Counted from the stretch's first letter, positions 29,091-38,979 are shown. The stretch is 41,368 nucleotides of DNA from a virus (IMGVR_UViG_3300031519_000062:1-41368); one strand, 5' to 3'. The notes: generated by a model not told the origin, from the letters alone. Program-made: numbers and translations.

Positions 29091-31375
29091 TGGCTTACAA
29101 ACTTAATAAAACCGACGGAACTTTACTAACTGAGTTAGTAGACGGTCAAATAGATACTACATCCTCTGACTTAACACTTATAGGAAGAAACTATGTAGGA
29201 TTTGGTGAAGCACTTAATGAAAACTTAATTAAGCTTCTTGAAAACTTTGCTAGTTCCGGAGCCCCGTCGACTCCAATTAAAGGGCAAGTATGGTACGATA
29301 CATCAGAAGCAAGATTAAAAGTATACGACGGCGCAGCATTTAAATCAAATGGTCCAATTGTACAGAATACACAACCACAAATGGTTGCTGGTGATATTTG
29401 GATTAATAATTCAACTAATAAATTATACTTCTTTGATGGAACTGATCTTGTATTAGTGGGCCCTGTTTATGAAAATGCTCAAGGTCTAAGTGGATGGGAA
29501 GTAGATACAGTACGTGACAGGTCAGCAGTTGATCATACACTACTAAAAATGTATGTTGGCGGAACACTAGTGGCTTATGTTAGTAATGATATTTACACTC
29601 CTACACTAGAAGAACAATCAAAATTAGGAATAACAACCGGTATTAGAAAAGGCATTAGTTTTGTTGATGAAGATAATTTTAGAATATATGGTGTAGCTGA
29701 TGCTGCTAATTCTTTAATTACTGACACAATAGATCCTGATACTGGATTAAGAATTAGAAAAACAGCAGGACAATTTTTACCATCTGGTGCAAACGGTACT
29801 ACTACTGGATCACTGTTTATACAAAACCAAGCTGGATTAACTGTAGGTAGCAGTGGACAAACTAGACTATTTGTTACAGCAGAAGGAACAGTTCTTCAAA
29901 ATAACGCAATTAATGATACGTTTAGATATAGACTATTGGGCGACACTGACTATGACGGAATAGTTATTAATCCGTCTAATAGAGGGTTTGGTATTAATCT
30001 TGATGCAGGTACATTACCAGCAGCAAACTTAGAAGTAAATGGCAATACTATTATCAGAGGCGATTTAACAGTACAAGGCAGCAGTGTTACAATTGAAACA
30101 ACTACTCTTACTGTAGACGATTATAACATTGAAATCGGCGCAGCAGATACCGTTATTACACTAGATGCAGCATTGGGATCATCAGTTACTTCTCAATTAG
30201 CAGCAAATGAAATTATTACACAGCAAACAACTAATGCTAGTGGCTTTTATAAAAGCATATCGACAGACCGAACGCAGTTAACTTTAGAACCTAGAACCGG
30301 TACATTTACTGCAAGCACCAATACACTTACTGGAGGCGCAGTAGGAACATTATTTCAAGAAGACCTAGTAGCAGAAGTAAACATCGGTAGTGTTGCACAG
30401 AGAACAAATGCAACTGCTGGCGGCGGCGGAGTGATTTTGAAAGGTCCCCCGGATATTTCAAATGCAAATGACAAACATATTTTGTGGATTAACGATATTG
30501 TTAATGGAACTAACTGGGAATTTAGTGACAGCATAAATCTTGTAAATGGCAAAGCATATAAAATTGACGATGTCACAATGATACAAGAAAACGTCGGAAA
30601 CACATTTCACGAATTAGGTGTAGCAATTGAAGAAGCAACTGGTTTAAGAGATGTGGGCATTATGGATCGTTTACGAGTCCATAGTTCAATGACACTTGAC
30701 GAATTAGGCGGCACACCGACTATTACTACAACCAGTGCATTAGAAATTAACAGTGCTGGTACTGTTACATTTAAAAATAGTGCTAGTAATGTAATGCTTA
30801 CTGGAGCAGCAACTACACAATATTACACTGGTAATACAGCTGACGTTGCTAACAAAGACTACGTTGACACACGTATGGAAAGCAAGACTATTTCACTACA
30901 ATTAGATGTAACTGATATGCCGCAAACTGGCTTTGCAACACTCAGCGCCCAAATTATAGATACAATGACGTTTTTATATCCACCATACGAATTACGAATA
31001 GGTACTTTTGCAAGAGTTCTTACTACTTCACTAAGAGGAGCAGTATCAGGAATTAACGTACAAGATGCAGTCCAAGTATCAAGTATAGGTGTTGACTTTA
31101 GTGATATTAATGCTGTAGATCCTTACGGAGCAGCTCCAAGTTCAAGCGGTAGTAACAACCAACAGTTAATTGACTCTATTGGTTTCATTAGCAGTGTATC
31201 TGGTGATGTTACTATTAAAGCTGATGATGGTGCTGGAACACCGGCTTCTACCAGAGTAAAACGTTATTACAAAGTAGTCGACGTTGCGGGAACAAACACC
31301 TGGACAACATCTGCTATTGGACCATACGGTGAAGCTCCAGGTGATAGTATTCCGCCTGCAGGTTGGGCACCATAA
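29090..31375 (+). CDS. Tail fibre protein 2 (paralogous N-terminus)
   Basis: MAY...DG.IDTT.DLTLIGRNY.GFGE..NEN...LLENFA...GQVWYD; GDLTVQG and ANKDYVD fibre motifs; TAATG-coupled. Confidence 0.75.
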   Translation: MAYKLNKTDGTLLTELVDGQIDTTSSDLTLIGRNYVGFGEALNENLIKLLENFASSGAPSTPIKGQVWYDTSEARLKVYDGAAFKSNGPIVQNTQPQMVAGDIWINNSTNKLYFFDGTDLVLVGPVYENAQGLSGWEVDTVRDRSAVDHTLLKMYVGGTLVAYVSNDIYTPTLEEQSKLGITTGIRKGISFVDEDNFRIYGVADAANSLITDTIDPDTGLRIRKTAGQFLPSGANGTTTGSLFIQNQAGLTVGSSGQTRLFVTAEGTVLQNNAINDTFRYRLLGDTDYDGIVINPSNRGFGINLDAGTLPAANLEVNGNTIIRGDLTVQGSSVTIETTTLTVDDYNIEIGAADTVITLDAALGSSVTSQLAANEIITQQTTNASGFYKSISTDRTQLTLEPRTGTFTASTNTLTGGAVGTLFQEDLVAEVNIGSVAQRTNATAGGGGVILKGPPDISNANDKHILWINDIVNGTNWEFSDSINLVNGKAYKIDDVTMIQENVGNTFHELGVAIEEATGLRDVGIMDRLRVHSSMTLDELGGTPTITTTSALEINSAGTVTFKNSASNVMLTGAATTQYYTGNTADVANKDYVDTRMESKTISLQLDVTDMPQTGFATLSAQIIDTMTFLYPPYELRIGTFARVLTTSLRGAVSGINVQDAVQVSSIGVDFSDINAVDPYGAAPSSSGSNNQQLIDSIGFISSVSGDVTIKADDGAGTPASTRVKRYYKVVDVAGTNTWTTSAIGPYGEAPGDSIPPAGWAP

Positions 31376-31396
31376 TTATAAATGCAACGAATGCGA

Positions 31397-31402
31397 TAAA
31401 TA
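31397..31402 (+). promoter_or_regulatory. Late promoter core TAAATA upstream of fibre 3
   Basis: gaTAAATActa, followed by an AGGGGA SD. Confidence 0.55.
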
Positions 31403-31429
31403 CTATATCGTAATAGGGGACGTTAACGA

Positions 31430-34087
31430 ATGGCTTATACAATATTTAATACTCGCAATAACGAACTTGCAGTAGTCGAAGATGGTACAATTGATAATAC
31501 CACAGACCTAAAATTAATAGGTAAAAACTACGCAGGTTATGGCGAAATACAAAATGAAAATTTTGTTTATCTTTTAGAAAACTTTGCTGGAGCAAATCAA
31601 CCACCAAGGCCAATTGCAGGTCAGTTATGGTTTGATTCAACGGCCAAAAAAATAAAAGCATATGACGGTAACACCGAAAGCGTTTTTGTTCCCCTTGGAA
31701 ACGTTCATATTGGAGCAAAACCAACTGGTGCAGCAATTACAGCAGCGAATGTTAACAAAGGTGACTTATGGTGGGACGATTCTACAAGTCAACTTTATGC
31801 ACACAATGGAGCACCTTCGGGCGATCCGTTTGTACTTATTGGACCCAAAGCATCAGGCGCTATTAAAACAGAAATTGAAGACGTAACTGTATTTGATAGT
31901 TTATATGCAGGACAAACAGACCCGTCACCGTACCAGCATAAAATTCTTAAAACTTGGATTAATAATGTTGTAGTAATGATTACTAGTAATGATGAATTTG
32001 TACTTGATGATTCAAATGCTATTAGCGGGTTTGACAGAATTAAAAAGGGTATTACATTAGTTAATACTGAAAATGCAAATGACGGTGTTACTACAGGAAA
32101 TTATAGTTTCCACGGTAATTCTTCAAATGCATTACGCTTAGGCGGCACACTTGCAGCAGAATTTGTACAACGTACAAATCCTGTGTTTACTACACAAGTA
32201 GACATTGACGATAACGATGGTTTACAAATTGGTCCAAACAACGAATTTTTATTAAAAGTTAGTTCAAATGATCCAACTATTGAATCAACTGTTAATGGCG
32301 CAGATATAAACTTAAAAGTAAAAGACAGTGGTGGCAGCACATTAACTCCAGCACAAATTACAGCAACAGGTATACTTCCTAGTGCAGACGCATCTAGTGG
32401 AATTTTTAACTTAGGTAGTTCAACTAAACGATGGAATGAAGTACACTCTATAAACTTTAGAGGTATTGCTGATAATGCAAATGCACTTCTAAGCAATGGT
32501 ACATATAAAATTGCTGACAAAGCAAACACAATAGATACCCTTGTAGCAAGAGATAGCGTAGGTGACATCTTTGGTACTAGTTTCCGCGGAACGCACTTAT
32601 ACAACAGCACAGACGCAGCAGCAGCCCTTACAGCACGAGTTACTAAAGCTGACAGTGTACAAGTAGACGGCACAACTACGTATGTAAATGCTACTACAGC
32701 AAGCACAGCAGATAAACTAGCACTAAGAGACAGTAGCGGTCATTTGTTTGCTAATCAGTTTAACGGACTAGCTACAAGAGCTGCTACAGTTCAAGTTTCG
32801 ACCGGAGTAGACACATACGAGTATAGAACAGCTAGTGTAGCAAACGGCGGCACTCCTGTTTCTAATAGTGTTGCAATTAGAGATGCTACCGGCGGCCTAC
32901 ACGCAAACCTATTTACTGGTAATGTAAGCGGCGAAGCATCTACAGCAGCTAAATGGGCAGCACCAATAACATTAACTTTAGGTGGCGATGTAAGCGGTAG
33001 TGCATCATTTGATGGTTCCGCTGGAGTTACTTTAAATGTTACTGCAAGCGGTAATAGTGTTGCACTTGGAACTGATACAACAGGTAACTATGTACAAAGT
33101 ATAGGAACAAAAGCCGGACAAAGCGATTATATAAACATTTTTGTTGACGGTGTACAAGATGGGCCAGGCGGCGAATCTAGAAGTGTACAACTTGGGTTAG
33201 ACGCGAGTAGTGCAAATTCTAATAACACTCTTGTTGCACGAGATGGAACTGGTGCTTTTGCAGCAGGTAATATTTCAGCAGGTACAGTAGGCGGTTCAAC
33301 AATTACAGCAAGTGTTAAATTTGTTGGAGATATGAACGAAGCAAACACAACAAAAGATGGTTTCTTTGATAACTTAACTGTTGGCGGTACGCTTGTTGCA
33401 GCTACACTTAATTTAGCAGGAGCATCAGGTACATTAGCAATAGCGCAAGGTGGTACTGCAGGCACCACGGCGTCCGCAGCAAGAACTAATTTAGATGTTT
33501 ATTCTAAGGCAGAAACATATACACAAAGTCAAGTTGATAATGCTATTTCGTCAGGTGTTGGCGGTGTAAGTACTAGTTCAATATCTAATGGTACTAGTAA
33601 TGTTTCAGTTGCATCTGGCGCAAATATTACTTTCACACATAATAGTAGTTTAATAGGGTCAGTTAAGGCTACTGGCATCGAACTCGAAACAGGTAAGAAG
33701 TTTATCGGTACTGCTACCGAAGCAGAATATGCTGACTTGGCAGAAAAATATTCAACAGCAGAAGAAATACCAGCAGGTACAGCAGTTGCAGTAGGCACTG
33801 ATGATACTGATGCAGAAGTTGTTCCAGCAGTTGCAAGTAGTTTTTGTATAGGAGTTGTATCAACAGATCCAGCACTTATGATGAATAGTAAAGCCGAAGG
33901 ACAATACATTGGTCTTAAAGGACGTTTGCCAGTAAGAGTAAAAGGTCCAGTTACAAAAGGTCAAGCAGTGTATGCAATGGCAGATGGAGTAAGTACAACT
34001 ATTGCTACTACAGCATTAGTAGGTATTGCACTAGAAACTAATAGCACAGAAGAAGAAAAATTAGTTGAATGTGTTCTTAAAGTATAA
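31430..34087 (+). CDS. Tail fibre protein 3 with C-terminal intramolecular-chaperone-like (peptidase G2-type) domain
   Basis: Same N-terminal module; four xxRDxxG repeats; AARTNL motif; C-terminal YADLAEKY...IGVVST.PA..MN...GLKGRLPVRVKG. Confidence 0.75.
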   Translation: MAYTIFNTRNNELAVVEDGTIDNTTDLKLIGKNYAGYGEIQNENFVYLLENFAGANQPPRPIAGQLWFDSTAKKIKAYDGNTESVFVPLGNVHIGAKPTGAAITAANVNKGDLWWDDSTSQLYAHNGAPSGDPFVLIGPKASGAIKTEIEDVTVFDSLYAGQTDPSPYQHKILKTWINNVVVMITSNDEFVLDDSNAISGFDRIKKGITLVNTENANDGVTTGNYSFHGNSSNALRLGGTLAAEFVQRTNPVFTTQVDIDDNDGLQIGPNNEFLLKVSSNDPTIESTVNGADINLKVKDSGGSTLTPAQITATGILPSADASSGIFNLGSSTKRWNEVHSINFRGIADNANALLSNGTYKIADKANTIDTLVARDSVGDIFGTSFRGTHLYNSTDAAAALTARVTKADSVQVDGTTTYVNATTASTADKLALRDSSGHLFANQFNGLATRAATVQVSTGVDTYEYRTASVANGGTPVSNSVAIRDATGGLHANLFTGNVSGEASTAAKWAAPITLTLGGDVSGSASFDGSAGVTLNVTASGNSVALGTDTTGNYVQSIGTKAGQSDYINIFVDGVQDGPGGESRSVQLGLDASSANSNNTLVARDGTGAFAAGNISAGTVGGSTITASVKFVGDMNEANTTKDGFFDNLTVGGTLVAATLNLAGASGTLAIAQGGTAGTTASAARTNLDVYSKAETYTQSQVDNAISSGVGGVSTSSISNGTSNVSVASGANITFTHNSSLIGSVKATGIELETGKKFIGTATEAEYADLAEKYSTAEEIPAGTAVAVGTDDTDAEVVPAVASSFCIGVVSTDPALMMNSKAEGQYIGLKGRLPVRVKGPVTKGQAVYAMADGVSTTIATTALVGIALETNSTEEEKLVECVLKV

Positions 34088-34102
34088 GAAACATTAGACA
34101 TT

Positions 34103-34131
34103 AAAAAAGGAGCATTAACGCTCCTTTTTTT
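34103..34131. terminator. Bidirectional rho-independent terminator between convergent gene blocks
   Basis: AAAAAAGGAGC-ATTAAC-GCTCCTTTTTTT, giving a U-tract on both strands. Confidence 0.88.
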
Positions 34132-34153
34132 GTGACTTAATTTAAGTTACGTA

Positions 34154-36106
34154 TTAAACGTTAACCCAAGCAGTTCCATTATAAACTTGTAGTTGAGTAG
34201 TTGCACTTGGCGCTGAACCAGATGTCATAAACAACATCATACCTGCTGCCGGACTTGGAACTAATGTTCCTCTAGCAGTATCGTCTGCTACTACTGCCAT
34301 TTGTGCCGGAACGCCAAATGTTACTTTTGATGAAGTTGCGACAAAGTGATTGTTATAGTTGCTTACATCTGCAATTTCTGCGTCGACATCTGGGTCACCT
34401 GTAAATGTTTTTACACTTACTGAACCTGTCGATACGCCTGCAATAGTCAATAGAGATAGTTCTTTGTAAAAACTTACGTCTTTTTCAAATGTTACCCCTT
34501 CTTTAAAACCAACCTTAGAAATAGCATTAATTTCAATACCCGGAGCTCCTGCACCAAAGTTACCTGCTACAATTGTATTTGCTAATATTTCACCTGTATT
34601 TTTTAGAATTACGTTTGATGATCCAGGACCTGCAACATTACCAGTACCAACAATTAATGCATTACTTGCAATAAGATCTGATTCTACTTGGAATACTGGA
34701 GTTACAATAATAGCTGAACTATCTGCACTATCAATTAAGTTTGTAAATATATTTCCGGTGTGTACGCCTGCTGTGTCGCCTGTAACATTACCTGTAACAT
34801 TACCAGTCAGTGTTTTGTTTATAGCATCAACAATTAATGTTGAATCATCACCAAATACTGAACCTGTTATATCACCATCAAATGTTCCTGTTGCTGTAAT
34901 AACGCCTGCGAATGTTCCAGTATGATCACCGTCGGCATTACCTGTAACATCACCAGTTAAGTTGCCACCAATTGTACCGGTTGCTGTTATATCGAGTATA
35001 CTAAGTACAGCATCTGCTGGACCTGCGTTTGGTGCTAGTACTGCACTGCCACCTGAACCTTTAACACTGCCAGTTACGTTACCAGTTACATCACCAGTTA
35101 AATTACCTTGTAAATTAAATGCAGGAGTTGCTGTATGTGTTACTTCGCCTGTTGTAGCGTTGTACATTACTGCGGTTGTACCAACTGCATCACGTACTGG
35201 TTTAATTACTAAACTACTTGCTGTGGTGTTGTTTAATTGTGAACCTGTTGCGTTTAATACAATTGAGTTTGCGGCTTGGTTAGTTCGGCCTGCATCATAT
35301 CCAATTGCTACTGCACTAGCACCTTGACCATTGTTACCAGCATTATATCCAATTCCAACTGCACCGTCACCTCCGCCAGTAAATTGAGCTCTACGTCCTA
35401 ATGCAACAGCATTATTACCTTGTGTAGTTGCACCTGCAGACCAACCTAAAGCTACTGAATTGTATCCTTGAGTAGTTTGACCAGCACCGCTACCAATTGC
35501 TACTGAACTAGAACCTTGACTTGTTTGACCTGCATTCTCACCAAGTGCAATTTTTGATTCACTTGTTCTTAAACTTGCTGTATCTACTGCACCAACAATC
35601 TTGCCAGCTACACCGTCTACTAATATTCCTGAATCATCTGCAAATACACTACCTTCAACGTCACCGTCAAGTCTTACTGCGTGTATGTTATTCCATTTTA
35701 GTAAAGTTGTACCTAAGTCGTATGTAGCGTCTGCGTTCGGAGTTAATGAACTTGTTATTTTTGCTGCAAAGTCTACCGTGTCCGTGTTAACATCGTCACC
35801 AATGTTTACATTGCCAGTAGCATTAATAGTACCAGCAATATTAATATTACCTGTACCGATAATGTCTTTGCCGTTTAAGTCTAAATTTTGTTGTAGATCT
35901 AATGTTGAACTAACTGTGTCTGCGGTAATATAACTGCCAAGCACTGCTCCTGCATTGTCTGTTAGTTTTACGCCGCCTGCTGTAGAACCGTCTCCCACAT
36001 ACAGTGCATCGGTGTCTGTTACATATACTAATTCGCCTTCTGCGAATACTACGCCTCCGCCTGCGGTGCGTTCATTCTCTAAACCACGTCTGATTTGTAA
36101 TGCCAT
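34154..36106 (-). CDS. Fibre/receptor-binding protein with Mtd N-terminal-like domain and YadA-head-like repeats
   Basis: MALQIRRG...AEGELVYVTDT..LYVGDG.TAGG; 14-aa QGxxxVAxGxxAG repeats; GNVT/GDVT repeats; AGGAG SD at 36120-36116. Confidence 0.75.
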   Translation of the reverse strand: MALQIRRGLENERTAGGGVVFAEGELVYVTDTDALYVGDGSTAGGVKLTDNAGAVLGSYITADTVSSTLDLQQNLDLNGKDIIGTGNINIAGTINATGNVNIGDDVNTDTVDFAAKITSSLTPNADATYDLGTTLLKWNNIHAVRLDGDVEGSVFADDSGILVDGVAGKIVGAVDTASLRTSESKIALGENAGQTSQGSSSVAIGSGAGQTTQGYNSVALGWSAGATTQGNNAVALGRRAQFTGGGDGAVGIGYNAGNNGQGASAVAIGYDAGRTNQAANSIVLNATGSQLNNTTASSLVIKPVRDAVGTTAVMYNATTGEVTHTATPAFNLQGNLTGDVTGNVTGSVKGSGGSAVLAPNAGPADAVLSILDITATGTIGGNLTGDVTGNADGDHTGTFAGVITATGTFDGDITGSVFGDDSTLIVDAINKTLTGNVTGNVTGDTAGVHTGNIFTNLIDSADSSAIIVTPVFQVESDLIASNALIVGTGNVAGPGSSNVILKNTGEILANTIVAGNFGAGAPGIEINAISKVGFKEGVTFEKDVSFYKELSLLTIAGVSTGSVSVKTFTGDPDVDAEIADVSNYNNHFVATSSKVTFGVPAQMAVVADDTARGTLVPSPAAGMMLFMTSGSAPSATTQLQVYNGTAWVNV

Positions 36107-36127
36107 TCTAATTAACTCCTGGTAACA

Positions 36128-36150
36128 TATTTATTTATTATTAGTATTTA
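36128..36150 (-). promoter_or_regulatory. Late promoter core(s) TAAATA for the minus-strand fibre gene
   Basis: gaTAAATActa at 36150-36145, the same 11-mer context as at 31395. Two further TAAATA at 36137-36128. Confidence 0.6.
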
Positions 36151-36167
36151 TCCGAATGGAAGTAAAG

Positions 36168-36482
36168 CTACTTTCTTAATTTAAGGAATCGACTCGTACG
36201 TGCTTTGATATCACTTTTAACTTTTTGAGTGTTTAATCTAAAATCAATGTTTCGGATGTGATCTTTATACTGTTCGAATAAATCTTCAAGAGATTTTTCT
36301 AATTCTTCTGGAGGAGTTTTGTCAGTATTTACGTCGATCTCCCAAAGTTTTCCATCAGCAAACTCGATGCGAATTGAATGGAGGTATTCAAGCGGCACAA
36401 CATCAATGTTTATGTCCTTGAATACCTCCGGCCAATGGCTAATTACTTCTTTGGGGAGCTTTTTAGGCGGTTTCTTTTGCAT
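36168..36482 (-). CDS. Hypothetical phage protein
   Basis: 104-aa ORF overlapping the upstream gene, co-oriented with the block. Confidence 0.7.
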   Translation of the reverse strand: MQKKPPKKLPKEVISHWPEVFKDINIDVVPLEYLHSIRIEFADGKLWEIDVNTDKTPPEELEKSLEDLFEQYKDHIRNIDFRLNTQKVKSDIKARTSRFLKLRK

Positions 36483-37083
36483 CAGATTTAGTCTTCTTCT
36501 TTGTAGGGACTAATTCTTCTGCTTGTTTCCTCAAAGTCTGTGCTTCTTTAAATAAAGCATCTGCCTGTGAACGATACTGCGCCGCAAGATCTGCGTCAGT
36601 TAAAACACTGTCTTGAGATACAGGTGCGTCTGAACTATATGTTTGTACAGGATCAACTCCGTGATCTGCATCTTTTGCTACTACAGTCTTTCCGTCTTTG
36701 CCTTTAAGTGCAAGATCAGCAATAGTAACACCTTTTTGTTCAGCAATAACCTTATTAAGTTCAGCAAGATTAATTGAAGATTTTGTATCAGGTGTCATAT
36801 CAATACTAGCAGTTGGTACTTTTACTAGTTTGCCGTATTTTTGCAAACCTGTAAGCATATTCAGCCCATCTGGTAAAGTAGTCCTAAACATTGCTTCTGC
36901 AAATTCATCAGCGTTTTGACCAGCATTTGATTCAACAGCAGTCATTAACGAGTCGTGTGATGCAGCATCTAAACTTTCAGTTTTAATAATAAGACAGTTA
37001 TCAGGTTCCCCTGGCACTACTCTATATGCTACAATAACTTTGCGGTGAGTTTTTGCATCTCTACCTACGTGTTTTAATGCCAT
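36463..37083 (-). CDS. Hypothetical phage protein with C-terminal coiled coil
   Basis: 206 aa; AGGAG SD; helical AAQYRSQADALFKEAQTLRKQAEEL segment. Confidence 0.8.
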   Translation of the reverse strand: MALKHVGRDAKTHRKVIVAYRVVPGEPDNCLIIKTESLDAASHDSLMTAVESNAGQNADEFAEAMFRTTLPDGLNMLTGLQKYGKLVKVPTASIDMTPDTKSSINLAELNKVIAEQKGVTIADLALKGKDGKTVVAKDADHGVDPVQTYSSDAPVSQDSVLTDADLAAQYRSQADALFKEAQTLRKQAEELVPTKKKTKSDAKETA

Positions 37084-37085
37084 TT

Positions 37086-37331
37086 CTATTCTCCTTTAGG
37101 TTCTTCCTTGGGCTCTTGTGTTGCTTGAACTGCACCTAAGAAAGATTCCAATTTGTTATATGTTGTTCCTACTACAGCCATTTCATTTGCTTTAAACGCA
37201 CCGCGTTGTGATGCAACATCTATGATTTGTTTAATTGAAGTAAGATCTTGAACAGTAAGTTCCGCCGCAGGTGCTTCTGGTGCATCTGTTTGTGGTGCTA
37301 CTGCTTCTTCGTTTTTGTTTTCATCAGCCAT
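37086..37331 (-). CDS. Small acidic hypothetical protein (QRGAF motif)
   Basis: 81 aa; AAGGAG SD; TAAATA upstream. Confidence 0.8.
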   Translation of the reverse strand: MADENKNEEAVAPQTDAPEAPAAELTVQDLTSIKQIIDVASQRGAFKANEMAVVGTTYNKLESFLGAVQATQEPKEEPKGE

Positions 37332-37360
37332 ATTTTTTCTCCTTGTAAAGTATATATGCG

Positions 37361-37366
37361 TATTTA
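37361..37366 (-). promoter_or_regulatory. Late promoter core TAAATA overlapping a TACGCA motif
   Basis: Minus strand tTAAATAcgcatatatactttacAAGGAG. Confidence 0.5.
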
Positions 37367-37370
37367 ATGA

Positions 37371-37652
37371 TTAATATTTTAAAAGTGGACAAGCTAACAT
37401 AAAGTACGCTAATTCTTTACCGTCTTCAAAGCCTATCTTTATTGCACTTTCAATCTTGCTAGTTGAATTATTAACATCAACTGTTTTACCTAAAAAGTAC
37501 CTACCTTTTAGATGTCCTTTTACCCATTTATTTAACGATTCTTCTATATTATATGTGTAAGGAATGGATATGTATTCATAGTGAGGAACAAATACTTTGC
37601 TTCTCCTAATATTAAAAAGATTAAGTGCATTTGGTTCTTTTAATTTATGCAC
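37371..37652 (-). CDS. Hypothetical phage protein
   Basis: 93 aa; GTG start overlapping the stop of the vWA gene. Confidence 0.7.
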   Translation of the reverse strand: MHKLKEPNALNLFNIRRSKVFVPHYEYISIPYTYNIEESLNKWVKGHLKGRYFLGKTVDVNNSTSKIESAIKIGFEDGKELAYFMLACPLLKY

Positions 37653-38946
37653 TTGCTTCCTCGTAGTGTACTGTTGTTCCGAATGGTGCTTGTAAATTTT
37701 TATCAGGATGTGAGTGAACTAAGAACACTGTGTCGCAATAATCATCATCGCCCCAACTGTTCCACGGATAGCCATCTGTAAACATAATGAACTTCTTAGG
37801 AACAATATCGTGTTCCTTCATATAAATCCAATTAGCATCAAAGTCTGTGCCGCCACCGCCCATAACTTCGTACTCTGTTAAATCTTCACCACAGTCTGCT
37901 GTAAATTCTTGTTCATTATATACTTTAGTGTCAAAGCACCATAACTTAATATTGTAGGCTGCATACTGTTCCATAATGCCTTTTACTTCACCTAAAAAGT
38001 CTTCAGCTTGTGCATTGCCAATTGAACCTGACATATCAATTCCAATTGCAATATCAATTGATTCATCAAAATTCTGTCCTGGCAAAATAGCACCAGTAGT
38101 CCAACTTTTACGATTAGGACGTTGGAATGTAAAGTCGTTACGTATAGTACTCTGAATCTGTTGTTGAATAATTTCACGCCAGTTCATCTTAGGTTCTGTA
38201 AGATGTTTAATCATACGTGTAACTTCACCGGGGGTATTGCCTGCTCCTGCACATTGTGCCGCAGAAATCATTCCTTCTTTAATTTCGTCTTTAATTTTGT
38301 TAAGTTCTTCTTTAGAATACTTTGGACGGTTTTTAGATACGTTATTGCCGTTTGCATCTTTTTCTTCTCCAGCATCACCGGAATCTGAATCTGCGCCTTC
38401 TGCATCTAAATGTTCATCTAACATTTCGCCAAGCTGTTCTAAAAACTCTTTACCGTTTTGTTCTGCTTGATCGTATAAGTCGTCGTATACATCCTCTGAA
38501 CTCCAGTTATCATATTTAAAGTCTTGATAGCAATCAACAATACTTGGCATAACACCAATGCGATCACGTACTAATAGATTATTTACAATATAGTCAGCGG
38601 CAATATTATACAGCATAGGGTCGCGGTCGTCGCGTCTATCTAAGTGATTAAATACACAATGTAAAATTTCGTGTGCAATAACAAACTCAATTTCTTTATT
38701 GTTCATTGCGTTAAAGAACTGCGTATTATAATATAAGTTACGTCCGTCTACAGCGGCAGTAGGTAACCAATCATCGGCAGCAACGACTCGCAAACGTGTA
38801 GCCATATTACCAAAGAACGGATGACGAAGTAGTAAGCCTACTCGTGCAACAATAATTCGATCATATACTTCTACACGCATTATTTCTAATGCTTTTGGAG
38901 TAATATCTGGATCAGCTTGCCAACGTTTTGTACCTGCTACACTCAT
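37645..38946 (-). CDS. DUF2201-type metallopeptidase + vWA domain protein
   Basis: PFFG, TAAVDG, HEILH (HEXXH) and NIAAD motifs; MIDAS elements DMSGS, GGGTDF and FTDG. Confidence 0.9.
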   Translation of the reverse strand: MSVAGTKRWQADPDITPKALEIMRVEVYDRIIVARVGLLLRHPFFGNMATRLRVVAADDWLPTAAVDGRNLYYNTQFFNAMNNKEIEFVIAHEILHCVFNHLDRRDDRDPMLYNIAADYIVNNLLVRDRIGVMPSIVDCYQDFKYDNWSSEDVYDDLYDQAEQNGKEFLEQLGEMLDEHLDAEGADSDSGDAGEEKDANGNNVSKNRPKYSKEELNKIKDEIKEGMISAAQCAGAGNTPGEVTRMIKHLTEPKMNWREIIQQQIQSTIRNDFTFQRPNRKSWTTGAILPGQNFDESIDIAIGIDMSGSIGNAQAEDFLGEVKGIMEQYAAYNIKLWCFDTKVYNEQEFTADCGEDLTEYEVMGGGGTDFDANWIYMKEHDIVPKKFIMFTDGYPWNSWGDDDYCDTVFLVHSHPDKNLQAPFGTTVHYEEASA

Positions 38947-38979
38947 CTTATTGTCCCTTCTTTATTAACTTATACATAT

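Noticed and set aside
31392-31412. Inverted repeat TGCGATA...TATCGTA around a TAAATA
   Set aside because: Only 7 bp with a G-U pair, and it does not cover the SD; plausible by chance.
34779-34804. 12-bp tandem repeat CCTGTAACATTA x2
   Set aside because: It encodes the GNVT fibre repeat; no independent function is evident.
34154-36106. Diversity-generating retroelement suggested by the Mtd-like N-terminus
   Set aside because: No reverse transcriptase, no C-type lectin-like C-terminus and no adenine-mismatched TR/VR pair seen in this window. One elsewhere in the genome cannot be excluded.
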